NCBI GenBank assembly: GCA_963703285.1
Contig: OY969807.1
Location: 128,001-192,000 of the forward strand
From: an uncultured Nitrososphaerota archaeon
Lineage (GTDB): Archaea; Thermoproteota; Nitrososphaeria; Nitrososphaerales; Gagatemarchaeaceae
Length of the DNA: 64,000 bases
Direction: 5' to 3'
Shown in pieces: positions 60,117 to 64,000 of the stretch. Below the pieces are notes generated by a model. That model was not told the DNA's origin and searched no databases. It saw only the letters and a list, made by a program, of their open reading frames with translations. Each line of letters begins with the position of its first letter. Positions within the stretch are counted from its first letter, which is position 1. Position numbers and translations under genes: made by a program.

Positions 60117-60190
60117 GCGGCGGGCGCGCTGCGTATTTTATTTAGGGGTTTCGAACATTCGTCCATTTCTTCCACGATTGTGGAATTTAT

Positions 60191-60862
60191 TCACAGGAGG
60201 GCGGCTGCGAGTTCGCTAATCTTCGACCGCCAGTCGTTCGACTTCACGACGCTGCTGGCCACGAGCACGCCGTCCATGCCCAGACCCATCGCGGCTCTAA
60301 CGTCGTTACCCGTCACTATTCCCGCCCCGCAGAGGAGTCTCCCTCGGAAGCCGGCGGCCCTCGCCGACCTCGCGGTCTCGAGCAGCAGCCCGGGTCTCGC
60401 CTGCGAGACGGCGACGCCGCCCCCTATCAGCTCCGGGGGCTCGACGGCGAGGAGGTCGGGGGCGAACCCAGCCATGACCACCACCTCTCTCGCGTCCTGG
60501 CCGCAGACGCACGAGGACAGGCCGAGCTTCCTCATTCTGGGGACCAGGTTCTGGACCATCTCAGCGGGTACCCTGGATTCGCTGTGGTTGATTATCGAGC
60601 CCGCGCAACCCGCGGCCTTGAGCGCCTCCGGTATTATGGCGCCCGTGCTCTTCCCCTCCTGCCGGTCTACAGCCGACTGGCTGTAGACTGGGACCTTGAC
60701 GCTGGCCGCGACGGCACTGAGCCTCGGGATGGGGGGTGCGACGATGAGGTCGAGGTCAAGTCCACGGCAGACGGCCTCTGCGGTCGCAGCCAGCACGAAG
60801 GCCCCATCGCCGAGAACCTCTTCGTAGTTTTTGAAATTGATAAGCAGCACGGGACGACTCAT
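60191..60862 (-). CDS. tpiA: Triosephosphate isomerase (archaeal type)
   Basis: INFKNY, NHSE, AVEPPELIG, CGAGI, GVLVAS. Confidence 0.95.
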   Translation of the reverse strand: MSRPVLLINFKNYEEVLGDGAFVLAATAEAVCRGLDLDLIVAPPIPRLSAVAASVKVPVYSQSAVDRQEGKSTGAIIPEALKAAGCAGSIINHSESRVPAEMVQNLVPRMRKLGLSSCVCGQDAREVVVMAGFAPDLLAVEPPELIGGGVAVSQARPGLLLETARSARAAGFRGRLLCGAGIVTGNDVRAAMGLGMDGVLVASSVVKSNDWRSKISELAAALL

Positions 60863-60935
60863 ATGGCTCGCTCCGGCCGGGTCATGGCTCTCTCGCCTCT
60901 AAAAGAGCGTGCTTCTGCGAAGGCCTTGCGGTTCC

Positions 60936-61028
60936 CTAGAACTCGTCCTCGTCCGAGTCCTCTTCCCATCCGTCTTCGTCGAGGTCTTCATCAAACTCTT
61001 CGTCGGATTCGTCGTCTTCGACTGACAT
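60936..61028 (-). CDS. 30-aa hyperacidic microprotein
   Basis: MSVEDDESDEEFDEDLDEDGWEEDSDEDEF*; TTTAATA about 30 nt upstream. Confidence 0.65.
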   Translation of the reverse strand: MSVEDDESDEEFDEDLDEDGWEEDSDEDEF

Positions 61029-61090
61029 GCGAACCGGCCGAGCGGGTTTTGGTTAGGCTATTAAAGCATTGTCGGTTGTCCGATGCCGCC

Positions 61091-61711
61091 TTGAAGGCTC
61101 TGTTGTTGGGGTCCGACGGGCGTTCGATCTCCGAGGCCGCGAAGCTCGTCCGACGCGGAGGGGTTGTCGCCTTCCCGACCGACACCGTCTACGGCCTGGG
61201 CTGCGACCCGTTCAGCGAGGTGGCCGTCCGACGCCTCCTAGAGGTGAAGGAGAGGGACCAGAAACCCATCCCCGTCCTCTGCGCAAGCCACAAGGCTGCC
61301 GCAAGGCTGGTTCGCCTCAGCCCCAGGGCCCTCGAGCTCGCGCGGGCGCACTGGCCGGGCGCGCTCACCATCGTGGCCCCCCTCAAGGTCGACGTCCCCT
61401 CGCAGCTCGACCGGGGATCGGGGTGGCTGGGGGTCCGGGTCCCGGCCGACGAGACGGCGCTCGCCCTCGCTGCGAAGTGCGGTGGCGTGATTACGGGGAC
61501 AAGCGCCAACGTCTCGGGAAGCCCATCTTCCCGCTCCTCGGGCCAAGTCGCCGCCTCCCTGGGGGATCGGATAGACGCCATCCTGGACGGAGGGGTGCGG
61601 AGGGGAGCCGAGTCGACCGTGGTTAAGGTCGAAGGAGGGGCTGTCGAGGTTTTAAGGAGGGGCGCGGTCTCCTTGGTGTCGGCAAGCACCAGAGCGAGAA
61701 TTGACAGATGA
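61091..61711 (+). CDS. tsaC: L-threonylcarbamoyladenylate synthase (YrdC/TsaC type)
   Basis: FPTDTVYGLGC, WPGALT, GVRVP, TSANVSG, STVV; TTG start at 61091. Confidence 0.92.
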   Translation: MKALLLGSDGRSISEAAKLVRRGGVVAFPTDTVYGLGCDPFSEVAVRRLLEVKERDQKPIPVLCASHKAAARLVRLSPRALELARAHWPGALTIVAPLKVDVPSQLDRGSGWLGVRVPADETALALAAKCGGVITGTSANVSGSPSSRSSGQVAASLGDRIDAILDGGVRRGAESTVVKVEGGAVEVLRRGAVSLVSASTRARIDR

Positions 61712-62220
61712 ACCTGATTCTAACTTCCCAGAAGGGCAACGAGGCTAAGGCATCGGCCGAGTTCAAGGAGATTGCCCTCCAGCACGGGCTGAGGAAACTT
61801 CACATTGAGAAGTCCGACTTCGACGGCGTCCTCGAGGTCGACGTCGAGGACCCAAGACCGTTCGTCGCCTTCCTCAGGGAGTACGTCCGCTCAGAGCCGT
61901 TCAGGATTCACTTCGTGCAGAGGGTCATCCCCGTGGACATGGTCGTGGACACCGATCTGGAGCAGATCAAGCAGGGAGCCGGCCAGCTGGGGTCTCAGAT
62001 AGCAAAGGACGAGTCGTTCAAGATCGACATCGACGAGCGCGACTCTCCCTATTCGAGGAGAGAGCTGATTGACGCAATAGCGGACGTCGTGGATAGGAAG
62101 GTCGACCTAGACTCTCCTGACATCGTTATTCAGGTCGAGGTGCTCGGGGAGTATACAGCCCTCTCGCTGGCGCGCCCGGACGAGATAATCAGCATAACGA
62201 AGCTCAAGCGCTCCGCCTAG
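61708..62220 (+). CDS. THUMP-domain protein (Tan1-like)
   Basis: RVIPVD, ESFKI, KVDLDSPD.VIQVEV. Confidence 0.88.
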   Translation: MNLILTSQKGNEAKASAEFKEIALQHGLRKLHIEKSDFDGVLEVDVEDPRPFVAFLREYVRSEPFRIHFVQRVIPVDMVVDTDLEQIKQGAGQLGSQIAKDESFKIDIDERDSPYSRRELIDAIADVVDRKVDLDSPDIVIQVEVLGEYTALSLARPDEIISITKLKRSA

Positions 62221-62673
62221 GTCCTGGTTCCGAGCAGGGCTGCCGCCTCGACCAATGCGAATCCGTCCTCGTCCATCTCCACTTCAGGGAGCATCGTGTA
62301 CCTGGGGTCGCTAGAGATCTCTTCCTCCAGCAGGTGCAGACTCCTAGACGACCCTGCGGCCACCAGGACCATCGTGCCCCCGGATCTGTATCCGGTCTTC
62401 TCGATGGCGACTGAGATTCTGGGTCGTCCCTGCGAGCCTGAGAAGGAGGTCGACTTCGGGCTTCTCGGCCAGGAGCGCGCCCGTCCTGGCCGCCCGCAGG
62501 GTCTGTTCGCCGATCATGGCGACCGCCTGCTCTGCCGGAAGGCGATTCATGGCCACCATCTGTATGATCAAGCGTGGATGTCGCTTCCTGAGGCCCAGGA
62601 GAACGTCGCCGGCGGTTCCCGCCGGGACAGACGCCCTCGCCGAGATGACCCTTCTCACTGGTCTAGCCACCAT
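62217..62673 (-). CDS. cgi121: KEOPS subunit Cgi121, +1 frameshift at ~62417
   Basis: LLAEKPEVDLLLRLAGTTQ joins ISVAIEKTG after removing one A. Confidence 0.82.
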
Positions 62674-62923
62674 GGGAGAATGGGAGGAGGACGACCTCGT
62701 CACCGTCGTGGAGGACCCTGTCCCGGGTGGCCCCCGTGAACGCGTCGCCGCTGTTCACGACCACCAACGTGTTGAACTTGGTGAATCCCGGGGTGGGATT
62801 GCTTCGGCTCAACTCCCTCACCATCTCTATCAGCTCACTGGTCTTTATTCCATCCCCGGGAATCTCAATGGTCTCCCTCCCGACGCTCGTCCTGATGTGA
62901 CCCATGCACGTGACCCTGATCAA
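62663..62923 (-). CDS. MoaD/ThiS ubiquitin-like protein (SAMP)
   Basis: LHDGDEVVLLPFSHGG C-terminal di-glycine. Confidence 0.9.
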   Translation of the reverse strand: MIRVTCMGHIRTSVGRETIEIPGDGIKTSELIEMVRELSRSNPTPGFTKFNTLVVVNSGDAFTGATRDRVLHDGDEVVLLPFSHGG

Positions 62924-62924
62924 G

Positions 62925-63719
62925 CTACTCGAACACCACTATCGCTTCCCGATAACCTCTCCCTCCGAAGGTGGAGGGAGACTCGATGAACCTGGGTCTC
63001 TTGGAGCCCAGGAGGCTCTCGATTATGTCCTTCCCTGCGCGGAGTTCTTTCAGTGGATAGTTTACGCCGAGGGGACGGAACGGGAAGACGTGCAGGGTCG
63101 ACTTCGGGGGGAGCAGCCTCCCCACCGATCCCGCCCTCAGGACGTCAGCCTTCGAGATTCTCGGAGGGATCAGGAACAGGTCGTTCCTGTGGGGGGAGAC
63201 GCTGGTAGCGGCCTCCTCGTCCACGAATTCAAGAGGAAGCCTTCTCGCAGTGACCGCCCTGTCGAAATCCCTCATTGTCTGCAGCTCCTCCTCGAGGCCG
63301 GCGTGGCTCCGACCGAAGGCCTGACCCCGCCAGATGATGCGCAGCTCGCTCCCTCTCGCCTCCGAGTTGGCAGTTCCGACTCTGTCCAGTCGCAACTCCT
63401 TCACGATTCCTTCGGCCGACTCCTCGGATGGGCTCGTCACCAATCTGTGCCATCTGAAGAGCCGCACCTCGGGGTCCTCGTAGTCCAGGACCCACGCAAG
63501 CGCCGACTTCGCCGAAGCCCTGGTCAGAGCCTCGACCCTGTGAGAACCATCGAGGACGGTCCTGGTGCCGGCATCGACCGCGATAGGGTCCCTCTGAAAG
63601 CCATCCCTGAGCAGCGCCCTCAGGACGCCATCGGCCATGCTGGCCACAGTCTCTTCGTGGGGCCTGAGCGCTGAGATCTGAATTATCTCAAGCTTGATCT
63701 TGTGCGCGGGGATTGCCAC
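62925..63719 (-). CDS. ParB/Srx-like N-terminal domain protein
   Basis: LRPHEE, PIAVD, VLDGSHR, LLPPKST.H. Confidence 0.8.
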   Translation of the reverse strand: MAIPAHKIKLEIIQISALRPHEETVASMADGVLRALLRDGFQRDPIAVDAGTRTVLDGSHRVEALTRASAKSALAWVLDYEDPEVRLFRWHRLVTSPSEESAEGIVKELRLDRVGTANSEARGSELRIIWRGQAFGRSHAGLEEELQTMRDFDRAVTARRLPLEFVDEEAATSVSPHRNDLFLIPPRISKADVLRAGSVGRLLPPKSTLHVFPFRPLGVNYPLKELRAGKDIIESLLGSKRPRFIESPSTFGGRGYREAIVVFE

Positions 63720-63722
63720 GGC

Positions 63723-63944
63723 TCACTCAGCAGGCTGCTCGACCGCGCTTTCTTCCTCCTTTTGGGCGGCCTTGCCATTCATCTTGGTGATATAGCCCGC
63801 AATCTTGTTCCTCAGCATCTTCGAATGCACTACCGCGATCTTATCGAGTTCCACCTTGTTTGCGTCATAATCCACGCCAAAAACTCCAGGATACTTCTGG
63901 ACTATCTCTTCGGAAATCCTCCGAACTCTATCCAATATTGGCAA
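63723..63944 (-). CDS. rps17e: 30S ribosomal protein S17e
   Basis: DYDANK, SKMLRNKIAGYIT. Confidence 0.95.
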   Translation of the reverse strand: MPILDRVRRISEEIVQKYPGVFGVDYDANKVELDKIAVVHSKMLRNKIAGYITKMNGKAAQKEEESAVEQPAE

Positions 63945-64000
63945 GCGCCTCTGGAGAGGTTAGATTAACCTTTCCACGCCCAGAAAACGCCTGGAATTCG

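Overview
High-GC archaeal chromosome segment. Gene content (class I LysRS, Cdc48, rpS17e, Cgi121, SAMP, aSelBL, BHB-intron tRNAs) suggests Nitrososphaerota, probably a non-ammonia-oxidising lineage (inference). It is mostly housekeeping and metabolic genes plus three tRNAs. Main highlights: (1) two non-autonomous elements that share IS6-like terminal inverted repeats (GGTTCTGTTAAGT...), have subterminal repeat arrays and are flanked by target-site duplications. One (25455-26810) carries only a TnpB nuclease with all three RuvC acidic residues; the other (13348-13848) carries a small Cys-rich membrane ORF. (2) A four-gene SipW/TasA-style surface-fibre operon (7312-11116). (3) A CADD-type self-sacrificing pABA synthase candidate in a folB-folK-folP cluster. 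(4) An ~11.4 kb integrase island at tRNA-Gln with several internal att relics and a VirB4-like remnant. (5) A tRNA-Arg(CCG) with two non-canonical introns. (6) Unannotated microproteins, including a 30-aa hyperacidic one. Five single-base frameshifts look like sequencing errors. All family calls come from motif recognition by eye, with no database searches.
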